Position numbers and translations under genes: made by a program. A stretch of 25,303 nt of DNA, from the IMG/VR virus record IMGVR_UViG_3300005663_000536, positions 1-25,303 of that record; one strand, given 5' to 3'. The notes below the pieces were generated by a model. That model made no database searches and was not told the origin of the DNA. It saw only the letters and a list, made by a program, of their open reading frames with translations. This document shows positions 1 to 7,316 of this stretch, piece after piece. The DNA comes from a virus. Taxonomy: Duplodnaviria > Caudoviricetes. How positions within the stretch are numbered: the first letter of the stretch is position 1; each line of letters starts with the position of its first letter.

Positions 1-2
1 GC

Positions 3-359
3 GAGCCGCTGCTCAGGCTGATCGAGATACGGCGACCAGCGACGATGGGCGCGCCGAAGACTGGCGAGCGCCTCGACTGGGTCATCGTTGGCGGCGAGAG
101 CGGACCGAAGGCGAGACGGTGTCGCGTGGACTGGGTCGAGGGCCTCATCCGACAGTGCCGCGAGGCATCGGTGCCGTGCTTCGTGAAGCAGCTCGGCGCC
201 GATCCTCGAACGTCGATCGACCAGGTCCCAGACTTCGCGCCGCTCGTCAGTCATCGGGGCAGCGACCCGGACGAGTGGCCGCCGGAGCTGCGCGTGCGGG
301 AGTATCCGGCCGAGAAAGCCGTGACCCCCAGCAAGGCTTCTGCTACACTCGCCGGCTGA
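3..359 (+). CDS. DUF5131 (phage Gp37/Gp68-like) protein, C-terminal part (5' truncated)
   Basis: Frame is open from base 3 (EPLLRLIE...). Contains the family motifs EPLL, LDWVIVGGESGPKAR and VPCFVKQLG. The ATG at 45 is internal. Confidence 0.85.
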   Translation, partial: EPLLRLIEIRRPATMGAPKTGERLDWVIVGGESGPKARRCRVDWVEGLIRQCREASVPCFVKQLGADPRTSIDQVPDFAPLVSHRGSDPDEWPPELRVREYPAEKAVTPSKASATLAG

Positions 360-387
360 CAGCGTCCCTTCTTTCAGGAGGACCTCG

Positions 388-828
388 ATGATCCGACTCC
401 TCGGCAGTGTCGCGCTCGTGGTGCTCGTCTTGTTCCTGACCGCGTGCAACCCACAATCCCCACTTCGACCGTCCGGCGACGACAGCCAAGAGGTCGACAT
501 CGACATCACGATCACGGCCAACCCTGTCGGCGACCGCGGCGGCAGTGGCATCACGAACCAGGCGCCGCGACTGACGGCACCGGGCGACCAGCAGAACACC
601 GCCGGGGATGCGGTCGTCCTGAGCCTGACCGTCATCGACCCGGACGGCGACCGGGTCACGTGGCTCGCCGGCGGGCTGCCGCGGACCCTGACGATTGACG
701 ACACCGGGATCATCTCGGGGATGATCTCGCCGTCGTCGGCGGCCGACAGTCCGTTCGCCAGCATCGTCGCGGTCTCCGATGGCCAGCTCTCCGATTCGAT
801 CACCTTCACCTGGGTCGTGGATCCATGA
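388..828 (+). CDS. Lipoprotein with a putative Ig (He_PIG/cadherin-like) domain
   Basis: GGAGG RBS upstream; hydrophobic signal ending in lipobox LTAC; C-terminal NQAP..DQQNTAGDAVVLSL..DPDGD.VTW.A.GLP..LTID..G.ISG..VAVSDG..TFTW pattern typical of putative Ig repeats. Confidence 0.8.
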   Translation: MIRLLGSVALVVLVLFLTACNPQSPLRPSGDDSQEVDIDITITANPVGDRGGSGITNQAPRLTAPGDQQNTAGDAVVLSLTVIDPDGDRVTWLAGGLPRTLTIDDTGIISGMISPSSAADSPFASIVAVSDGQLSDSITFTWVVDP

Positions 829-1361
829 GGGCGCTGCTGATCACGCTGCTCGTCCTCGTCGCCGTGCCGGCCTGGGCGCAAGACGATCCCGTTCCGGAGG
901 AACGCGCGGAACTCCCGGCGCTGCCGAATCCCTTCGGGCTCGGCTGGGGCGCCGGCATGGGCCTGTCGGACAACTTCATCGGCGACCCGCTCGTCGAGGA
1001 GGGCGACGCGTTCATCGATGGCAACGACATCGTGCGCGTCACGCGGTTCCGGGACGTCAAGTCGCGGCTGATCCTGGAGAGCCATTACACGTTCCGCCTG
1101 ATCAATGGTTCGCTCGGCGTCGGCCCGGTGATGTTCGTCCAGCCGGGCGGGAATCTCTTCACCGCGGCCGGCGGCGGGCTGCTGTTCGAGTTGGGCGAAG
1201 GACCGACGTCGTTCAACCTGATCATCGGCGGGCTGCTCGACTTCGACGTCACGCGCCTGCATCCCGACTACATCGACGGCTTCGAGGCACCGACGAGCCA
1301 GCTCGCGTTCGTCACGCGGGAGGAATTGCAGTTCTTCGTCGGCTTCGTCATCGGGAGATGA
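825..1361 (+). CDS. Secreted, probable small outer-membrane beta-barrel protein
   Basis: ATGA overlap with the previous gene; Sec signal ending AWA-Q; amphipathic beta-strand segments (FGLGWGAGMGL, LILESHYTF, LGVGPVMFV, FNLIIGGLLDF); terminal strand QFFVGFVIGR. Confidence 0.6.
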   Translation: MRALLITLLVLVAVPAWAQDDPVPEERAELPALPNPFGLGWGAGMGLSDNFIGDPLVEEGDAFIDGNDIVRVTRFRDVKSRLILESHYTFRLINGSLGVGPVMFVQPGGNLFTAAGGGLLFELGEGPTSFNLIIGGLLDFDVTRLHPDYIDGFEAPTSQLAFVTREELQFFVGFVIGR

Positions 1362-1362
1362 C

Positions 1363-1584
1363 GTGACCCTAGCAACCGACCAGAGGCCCACGCCTCGGAC
1401 GACGAAGCGACCGGCCTCGGATCCCGTAGTGCCGATCTCCTGGGAGTATCTCCAGTTCCATGCGCTGCTCGACGAGCTGCGTCAGCTCCGCACGTCGATC
1501 ATGGCGCTGGTCTCGATGTTCGCGGTGCTGATCGTCGTGAGCATGATCGCCGTGGTCGGTGCGTTCGTGCACTGGTTCCTCTGA
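1363..1584 (+). CDS. Small membrane protein (single C-terminal hydrophobic segment), function unknown
   Basis: Fills the gap before the portal; short helical LLDELRQLR stretch followed by about 28 hydrophobic residues. Confidence 0.55.
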   Translation: MTLATDQRPTPRTTKRPASDPVVPISWEYLQFHALLDELRQLRTSIMALVSMFAVLIVVSMIAVVGAFVHWFL

Positions 1585-1602
1585 TCTGTTGGACGTCTAA
1601 CA

Positions 1603-2946
1603 ATGGCCGACGACACCGACACGGGCCGCATCGGCTTCGCCGAACTCGGGCGCAGCGGCCTCAGCCAGTGGGGCGGGTTCATCGCCGAGGAGTTCCTGCG
1701 CGAGCTGCAAGGCCGCCGCGGGATGCTCACCTACCGCGAGATGAGCCTGAACGACGCGACCATCGGCGCCATCCTGTTCGCCTTCAAATACCTGACACGT
1801 CCCGTGACGTGGCGCGTCGACCCGGCGCCGGACACCGGGACCAAGGGCGAGGAGGTCGCCGACTTCATCGACGGCGCGCTCTTCAAAGATATGAGCTGGT
1901 CCTGGTGGGAGACGCTCAACGAGATCTTCTCGATGCTCGTCTACGGCTGGGCCTACTTCGAGGTCGTCTACAAGCGCCGCGGCGGGCCGGTCCTCGATGC
2001 GACGCAGCGATCGCGGTTCACCGACGGGAAGATCGGCTGGCGCAAGTGGGCGATTCGGGGCCAGGACTCGCTCGTGCGCTGGGACCTCGACGACCACGAC
2101 GGCATCAACGGCATGTTCCAGCAGGCGTTCCCGACCTTCAAGCAGGTCTTCATCCCGATCCAGAAGGCGCTCCTGTTTCGGACCGACACCGAGCGCAACA
2201 ACCCCGAGGGTCGGAGCATCCTGCGCACGGCGTATCGGAGCTACTACTTCAAGCGGCGCATCCAGGAGATCGAGGGCATCGGCGTCGAGCGCGATCTCGC
2301 GGGCCTCCCGATGCTGACGCCGCCCGAGAAGGTCGACATCTGGAACACGAAAGACGCGAAGATGGTCACGCTGAAGGGCGAGTCTGAGCGCCTCGTCCGA
2401 TCGATTCGGCGTGACGAGCAGGAGGGCATCGTCAAGCCGTACGGCTGGACGCTGGACCTGCTCACGACCGGCGGCCGGCGCCAGTTCGACACGAACGCCA
2501 TCATCACCCGCTACGACCAGCGGATCGCGATGTCGGTCATGGCCGACTTCCTGCTCATCGGGCACCAGAAGGTCGGGAGCTTCGCGCTGGCGTCGAGCAA
2601 GACGAAGCTCTTCGCGACGGCGCTCTCCGGGTTCCTCGCCGGCATCCGGGACGTCATCAACCGGCACGCGATCCCGAAGCTGGTCACGCTCAACGGCTGG
2701 GCGGAGGAGCTGAGCCCGACGCTCGCGTTCGGCGACATCGAGACGGTCGACCTGGCCGAACTCGGCAAATACATCACCGACATCTCCGGCGCCGGGCTGC
2801 TCTTCCCCGACAAGGAACTCGAACGCCATCTGCGCGCCCAGGGGAATCTCCCCCCACCCGAGGAAGGCGTCGACGCACCACCGGAACCGGACCCCGAGCC
2901 TGAGCCAGAGCCGGGCCTCCCTGACCCTGATGACGAGGACGAGTGA
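1603..2946 (+). CDS. Phage portal protein (DUF935/Mu gp29-like)
   Basis: 447 aa; motifs ELGRSGL..WGG.I.EEFLREL, YREM..ND, MLVYGWAYFEVVYKR, NNPEGRSILRTAY, EGIGVERDLAGLP, GSFAL; acidic Pro/Glu tail; located directly upstream of MuF. Confidence 0.9.
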   Translation: MADDTDTGRIGFAELGRSGLSQWGGFIAEEFLRELQGRRGMLTYREMSLNDATIGAILFAFKYLTRPVTWRVDPAPDTGTKGEEVADFIDGALFKDMSWSWWETLNEIFSMLVYGWAYFEVVYKRRGGPVLDATQRSRFTDGKIGWRKWAIRGQDSLVRWDLDDHDGINGMFQQAFPTFKQVFIPIQKALLFRTDTERNNPEGRSILRTAYRSYYFKRRIQEIEGIGVERDLAGLPMLTPPEKVDIWNTKDAKMVTLKGESERLVRSIRRDEQEGIVKPYGWTLDLLTTGGRRQFDTNAIITRYDQRIAMSVMADFLLIGHQKVGSFALASSKTKLFATALSGFLAGIRDVINRHAIPKLVTLNGWAEELSPTLAFGDIETVDLAELGKYITDISGAGLLFPDKELERHLRAQGNLPPPEEGVDAPPEPDPEPEPEPGLPDPDDEDE

Positions 2947-4841
2947 TCCTCGCCGCCATCGCGAAGGCGAAGTTCGTCGACGTCGACGCTCCGTCGGCGG
3001 ACTGGCGCCTCGTCCATCGGCAGAGCGACGCGATGGTGCCGGCGGTGCGCAGCGTGTTCGAGCGGGCCGTGCGCGCGGTGTCGCTGGCGACGCCCTGGGA
3101 CGACGTCGAAGAGCGGCTCGCCTCGGGCAACCTCGAGATCGAACGGCTGATCCCCTGGGACTCGGTCGGCGTCGACGCGCTGATGAATCCGCTGACCAAC
3201 CTCTTCCAGATGACGTTCGCGCGGACCGGACAGCTCGCCGCACGTCAGCTCCAACCGCTGATCGGGAAGCGCGCGACCAGGCTGATCTTCAAGCAGGTCG
3301 GGGCGGTGTTCGAGGTAGGCCACCCGCGCGCCTCGCGCTGGGCGGGGGGCAACGCGGCCGAGCTGGTCGTCGAGGTCACCGAACAGACGAAGTTAGGGAT
3401 CCGGGCCGCGGTCGTCGACGGGTTCGAGATCGGCATCCCGCCGCGGGTGCTGGCTCGCGACCTCAAGCAGATCGTCGGCTTGAACTCCCGGCTGGCGCGT
3501 GCCGTCGTCAAGCGGCGGGGCGACCTCATCGCCGCCGGGCTGAGTGCCGAGCGCGTCACGCGCCTGGTCGATCGCTACGCCGCCCGGCTGTTGCGGTATC
3601 GCACGCAGAACATCGCGCGCACCGAGACTATCCGCGCGAGCGTCGAGGGGCAGCTCGAAGCCTGGCAGCAGAACCGGGACGCCCGCATCATCTCGCGGCA
3701 GCTCGTCAAGGAATGGATCGTCACACCGGACGATCGCCTCTGTCCGATCTGTGCGCCGCTGGCGAATGTTCAGGCCGACGTCGACGGGCTGTTCGATACG
3801 GCGGTCGGACGTCGCCGCGGGCCGCCGGCGCATCCGAGCTGCCGCTGCGCGATCGGGCTGGCGAACCCACGCGCCCAGATCGCGCCGCCGGCGCCGCGTC
3901 CGCCACCGCGTCCGCGGCCTCGACGGGTCGTGTCACCCGCGCGCGTGCGCCTGCCGTTCACTCGGCCGGGGCCACCGGTGATCGGGCCGGCGCCGCCGCC
4001 TGCGGTTCCCAGCGGGCGTGCGCCGAGACCTGCGCGGGGCCGAGTGGTCCGGGGCGTCCCGGAGAAGTCGCCGCTCCGGAGCGGGGCGAAGACCTCGGAC
4101 GTGCCGCTTGTGGGTGGCGACAATATCAACGAGACCAGGAAGGTGGGCTTGCGGACAGCGACCGGGAAGACGGACACGGTGATCTTCAAGCCGGAGGCCG
4201 GCGAGCGGTTCCGCGGCACGCGCCGCTCCATCACGAACGAGAAGTTCCGCCTCGCCCGTCGCGAGGACCTGGCCTGGAAGGTCGACCGCGCCCTCGGCAC
4301 GAACAACGTGCCGCAGACCGTCTGGCGTAACCTCGACGGCGAACCGGGATCGCTCCAGCGCTGGGTGCCGAACACCACGCCACAGATCGCCTGGCAAGGA
4401 CGCGCGCTGACGGTCGAGGAACGCTACAAGATGGTCGTGCTCGACGTCGCCATCGGGAACACGGACCGGCATCGGAAGAACTGGATGCGCATCACGCGCG
4501 GTGCCAAGAGAGGCACGGCCGTCGCCATCGATCACGGCTACTCGTTCCCGTTTGGGACCCCGCGCGATCCCGGTGGCTTCCGCGAGTTCCGATCAAGGCC
4601 CGCCGCCGGCGTGAGTCTCACGGAGAAGATGCCCGAGGGGATGCGGCGGACGCTGCTGAAGAATCTCCAGGAGACCAACTGGGAGGATCTGATGGGCGGC
4701 CTGGACGCGAGGGAGCGTTCGGCGATGCGGTGGCGCTTGAAGTGGTTGGAGCAGCGGCTCCAGCGGAACGACTTCGACGTGGTCTTTCGAGATTACAATG
4801 GGCGGCTTGGCGGCTGGCGCGCAGGAGTGCCGCGGGAGTAA
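2943..4841 (+). CDS. MuF (SPP1 gp7-like) head morphogenesis protein fused to a C-terminal PI3/4-kinase/HipA-like kinase domain
   Basis: MuF motifs IARTET, KEW....DDRLCPIC (~3710-3752) and PPAHPSCRC (~3822-3848); Pro/Arg-rich linker ~3870-4070; kinase-like motifs IFKP (Lys at 4188), RRE.LAW.VD..LG...VP.T, GSLQRWV, GNTDRH..N (Asp at 4464) and AIDHG..F (Asp at 4530). Confidence 0.85.
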   Translation: MILAAIAKAKFVDVDAPSADWRLVHRQSDAMVPAVRSVFERAVRAVSLATPWDDVEERLASGNLEIERLIPWDSVGVDALMNPLTNLFQMTFARTGQLAARQLQPLIGKRATRLIFKQVGAVFEVGHPRASRWAGGNAAELVVEVTEQTKLGIRAAVVDGFEIGIPPRVLARDLKQIVGLNSRLARAVVKRRGDLIAAGLSAERVTRLVDRYAARLLRYRTQNIARTETIRASVEGQLEAWQQNRDARIISRQLVKEWIVTPDDRLCPICAPLANVQADVDGLFDTAVGRRRGPPAHPSCRCAIGLANPRAQIAPPAPRPPPRPRPRRVVSPARVRLPFTRPGPPVIGPAPPPAVPSGRAPRPARGRVVRGVPEKSPLRSGAKTSDVPLVGGDNINETRKVGLRTATGKTDTVIFKPEAGERFRGTRRSITNEKFRLARREDLAWKVDRALGTNNVPQTVWRNLDGEPGSLQRWVPNTTPQIAWQGRALTVEERYKMVVLDVAIGNTDRHRKNWMRITRGAKRGTAVAIDHGYSFPFGTPRDPGGFREFRSRPAAGVSLTEKMPEGMRRTLLKNLQETNWEDLMGGLDARERSAMRWRLKWLEQRLQRNDFDVVFRDYNGRLGGWRAGVPRE

Positions 4842-4844
4842 GCG

Positions 4845-5114
4845 ATGGCTGGGAACGTGGTCGAGATCTGGCGGCTGACGGAAGACACGGGAGAAGACCG
4901 GCTCGATGGTCGCGTGCGCCTGGTCGACGGCCGGATCCGCTTCGAGGGACTGTCGGAGACGTTCGTCGCAAATCTGCACGAGGACGGCATCCTCGGCAAG
5001 CACGCCGACCGCGGCGAGGTCTTCCCGAAGGATGGCCGGAAGTTCCTCGACGCGCTCCCGTTCGAGTTCTTCAGCGCCTATCTCCGGGCGGTGTTCGCCG
5101 ACGAGACACCGTGA
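4845..5114 (+). CDS. Small acidic protein; candidate immunity/partner protein of the MuF-kinase
   Basis: 89 aa, starts 3 nt after the MuF-kinase stop with GGGAG upstream. The function is inferred from position only. Confidence 0.65.
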   Translation: MAGNVVEIWRLTEDTGEDRLDGRVRLVDGRIRFEGLSETFVANLHEDGILGKHADRGEVFPKDGRKFLDALPFEFFSAYLRAVFADETP

Positions 5115-5281
5115 ACACGACGACGCTGGTGCTCAAGGAGATCATCGGGAAGGTCGAGAAGCGGCGCGACGAGATCGACCGCGCCACCGACCTGCGCGCC
5201 GTGGTCGTGACCGTGCGCATGAAGCCGGGCCAGTTCCCCCCGCAGATCCAGTTCTCGACGACGATTGTCGAGAAGGGTTGA
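5111..5281 (+). CDS. Small hypothetical protein (56 aa, MNTTTLVLKEIIGKVEKRR...TTIVEKG)
   Basis: GTG start overlaps the previous TGA (GTGA); GC3-rich codons. This is the likely real part of track ORF 4730..5281. Confidence 0.6.
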   Translation: MNTTTLVLKEIIGKVEKRRDEIDRATDLRAVVVTVRMKPGQFPPQIQFSTTIVEKG

Positions 5282-5306
5282 CACCGGGATTCGAGGCGCC
5301 TACAGT
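5278..5306 (+). promoter_or_regulatory. Sigma70-type promoter TTGACA-N17-TACAGT
   Basis: Perfect -35 TTGACA at 5278-5283, exactly 17-nt spacer, -10 TACAGT at 5301-5306 (4/6, conserved T-A...T kept); lies at the start of the largest intergenic gap. Confidence 0.75.
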
Positions 5307-5312
5307 ATTCGA

Positions 5313-5433
5313 TTGACAAGCAGGTCGGCGCCAGGTCGTCGGGGGACCTGAGTCGCCGGCCTATTATTTCTGGACCGCGACAGCATGGACGCGGCAACCG
5401 AGCACACCGCTCGGGGGCCGGGTCCTTTTTTTT
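5313..5433 (+). ncRNA. Putative ~120-nt structured leader/small RNA between promoter and terminator
   Basis: Hairpin 5322-5362 (AGGTCGGCG/CGCCGGCCT outer stem, CAGGTC/GACCTG inner stem) followed by a second hairpin with a U8 tail. The start is inferred from the promoter. Confidence 0.5.
5387..5433 (+). terminator. Rho-independent terminator
   Basis: Stem GGAC-CGGC-CCGAGC / GCTCGG-GCCG-GTCC (5387-5425) immediately followed by T8 (5426-5433). Confidence 0.8.
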
Positions 5434-5546
5434 GGCCCATGCCGGTCGGACCGTATGCCACGTTCGGGGAATGAGTCGCCTCGCAGCGCCGGCGTGGCCG
5501 GGGCCAAGAATCAGCGCGTCGCATCTGCGGCGCGATAGAGCAGCAG

Positions 5547-6044
5547 ATGAGCAAGGACCGCCTCGGCGCCGTCCGCGAGCTGTTCTCCGGGCTCGCCAAG
5601 ATCCTCGGTCCGGATCCAGACGTCCATCTCCCCGCCGACCTTCGGCCCGACGAGGGCTACTTCCAGATCAAGAAGTTCAACGACGAACAGCAGCTCGTGT
5701 TCGGCTGGGCCAGCGTCTCGATGCGCGTCGACGGCGAGCTGATCGTCGATCGGCAGGGCGACATCATCGAACCCGACGAGCTGGAGAAGGCGGCCTACGA
5801 CTTCGTCCTGAACTTCCGCGGCTCCGGCGTCCAGCACGAGGGCGACGAGCAGGGCCAGATCGTCGAGAGCGTCGTGTTCACACCGGAGAAGCTCGCCGTG
5901 ATGGGCCTGGCCAAGGACGCGCTCCCGCTGGGCTGGTGGATCGGCGTGAAGATCACCGACGCGGCTGTCTTCAAGCAAGTGAAGGAAGGCAAGCTGCCGA
6001 TGTTCTCGATTCAGGGGTCTGCGGAACGTGAAGAGGCAGCCTAG
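5547..6044 (+). CDS. XkdF-like phage prohead serine protease
   Basis: Motifs EQQLVFGWAS, DRQGDII...ELEKAAYDF, VQH, IVESVV, GWWIGVKI.D...F..VK.GKL.MFSIQG (putative catalytic His and Ser); positioned upstream of scaffold and capsid. Confidence 0.85.
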   Translation: MSKDRLGAVRELFSGLAKILGPDPDVHLPADLRPDEGYFQIKKFNDEQQLVFGWASVSMRVDGELIVDRQGDIIEPDELEKAAYDFVLNFRGSGVQHEGDEQGQIVESVVFTPEKLAVMGLAKDALPLGWWIGVKITDAAVFKQVKEGKLPMFSIQGSAEREEAA

Positions 6045-7258
6045 TGGCGAAGCCGAAGCCGAAGCACTTGCGGAAGCTGCGCATCACCCGCGTCGACCTG
6101 GTCGACCGCGGGGCGAACCAGGACGCCGACGTGTTGCTGTTCAAGCGCGACGACAAGAAGTCGCCGCCGAAGGAGCCTGACATGAAATTCGACCTCACGC
6201 TGGCGCGCACCCACGCAGGCGACGATCGGGAACTCCGGAAGGCACTCGACTGGATCGATGACGTCCACAAGGGCCTCGCGTCGGTGGTGCAGAAGCAAGA
6301 GGCCGACGGCCCTCGCGACGGCACGTTCAACGACGTGATGGCGCGCCGCGGCGCCCGGAAGGTGATGATGCGCGTCCAGGAGTTCGCGATGGCCCTGGAC
6401 GAGACCATCGCCCGCATCGCGGACGGGAACGCGCAGCACAAGGACGGCGACAGGAAGACGCTGCTGAAGGACGCGGTCGAATCGTTCGTGCGTGCCGTCA
6501 AGGCTGACCTGCCGAAGTTCGTCGACGCTGAGATGGGCGGGATGTCGAAGCAGGATCGCGAGCGTCTGGAAGACGTGGCGAAGCTCATTCGTGGAGGAGA
6601 ACCGACGATGACTGACACGAAGAAAAAGACCGACGACGGCAAGAAGCCGGCCGCCGACATGGGCGCGCTCCGCAAGATGTTCGCCGGGTTCGCGCGGCTG
6701 ATGGGTGCCACCGAGGACGACGTCAGCAAGTTCGATCCGTCGAGCGGCGACGAGGACGTCTGGAAGGGCGTCAGCCCGCAGCTCCGTGCACGGATCGAAG
6801 CGACCGACGCGGCGACCAAGGTCGCCGCCGCGGCCGAAGTCACGAAGCGCGAGGCCGCCGAGAAGCGCGTCGCGAAGCTCGAAGAGGAGCGCACCCTGGC
6901 CGCGGTCACCGCGGAACTCCAGACCTACAAGAGCATGGGAATCGATCCGACCAAGGACGCGGCCCTGTTCTCGAAGATCGTCGGCGGGCTCTCGAAGGAA
7001 GAGGCCGATCGCGTCCGCGAGATCTTCAAGAGCGCGGACAGCACGATCGAGACCGGCAAGGTGTTCGCCGAGCTGGGCGCCCGGAGCGTCGGCGTCCCGG
7101 CGGGCGATGCCGATGCGGAGATCGAGAAGCGCGTCACTGCGATCCTGGCGAAGGCCGAGAACAGCAAGATGACGCGGGACGAGGCGCTCGATCAGATCAT
7201 GCGCGAGGACCCGGCGCTCTACGAGAAGTATCGCAAGGAGAACCAGGTTCGCGTGTAG
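6044..7258 (+). CDS. Capsid scaffolding protein with an N-terminal protease-like peptide; probable nested starts at 6182 and 6608
   Basis: N-terminal LRKLRITRVDLVDRGANQDA resembles the EVSLVD.PAN element of prohead proteases; the rest is charged, helical/coiled-coil and ends in PALYEKYR; in-frame ATGs at 6182 (AGGAG) and 6608 (GGAGGAG). Confidence 0.75.
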   Translation: MAKPKPKHLRKLRITRVDLVDRGANQDADVLLFKRDDKKSPPKEPDMKFDLTLARTHAGDDRELRKALDWIDDVHKGLASVVQKQEADGPRDGTFNDVMARRGARKVMMRVQEFAMALDETIARIADGNAQHKDGDRKTLLKDAVESFVRAVKADLPKFVDAEMGGMSKQDRERLEDVAKLIRGGEPTMTDTKKKTDDGKKPAADMGALRKMFAGFARLMGATEDDVSKFDPSSGDEDVWKGVSPQLRARIEATDAATKVAAAAEVTKREAAEKRVAKLEEERTLAAVTAELQTYKSMGIDPTKDAALFSKIVGGLSKEEADRVREIFKSADSTIETGKVFAELGARSVGVPAGDADAEIEKRVTAILAKAENSKMTRDEALDQIMREDPALYEKYRKENQVRV

Positions 7259-7316
7259 CCGAGCCGCGATGCGCGGCTGCGCTCGTCTACCCCGGCCACT
7301 CTGAAGGAGAGCAACG

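Noticed and set aside
388-1584. Possible lysis cassette (spanins/holin)
   Set aside because: The lipoprotein has an Ig-like domain rather than o-spanin features, the second gene has a cleavable signal and beta-strands rather than an i-spanin coiled coil, and no endolysin is nearby. A holin role for 1363..1584 cannot be supported.
2850-2943. CCGGAA/CCCGAG/CCTGAG/CCAGAG short repeats
   Set aside because: They simply encode the low-complexity Pro-Glu tail of the portal; not a DNA-level element.
2930-4330. 466-aa alternative-frame + strand ORF overlapping MuF
   Set aside because: Arg-rich off-frame translation; the 2943 frame carries all the conserved motifs.
5313-5341. Second TTGACA as an additional promoter
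   Set aside because: No -10-like hexamer 16-18 nt downstream (GTCGTCGG).
5313-5546. tRNA, known riboswitch or CRISPR repeat in the intergenic gap
   Set aside because: No cloverleaf/T-loop, no aptamer consensus I recognise, and no spaced direct repeats; no CRISPR array seen anywhere in the window.
7262-7278. Hairpin AGCCGCG/CGCGGCT after the scaffold gene as a terminator
   Set aside because: Short stem with no U-tract in very GC-rich DNA; it may be chance or only a stability element.
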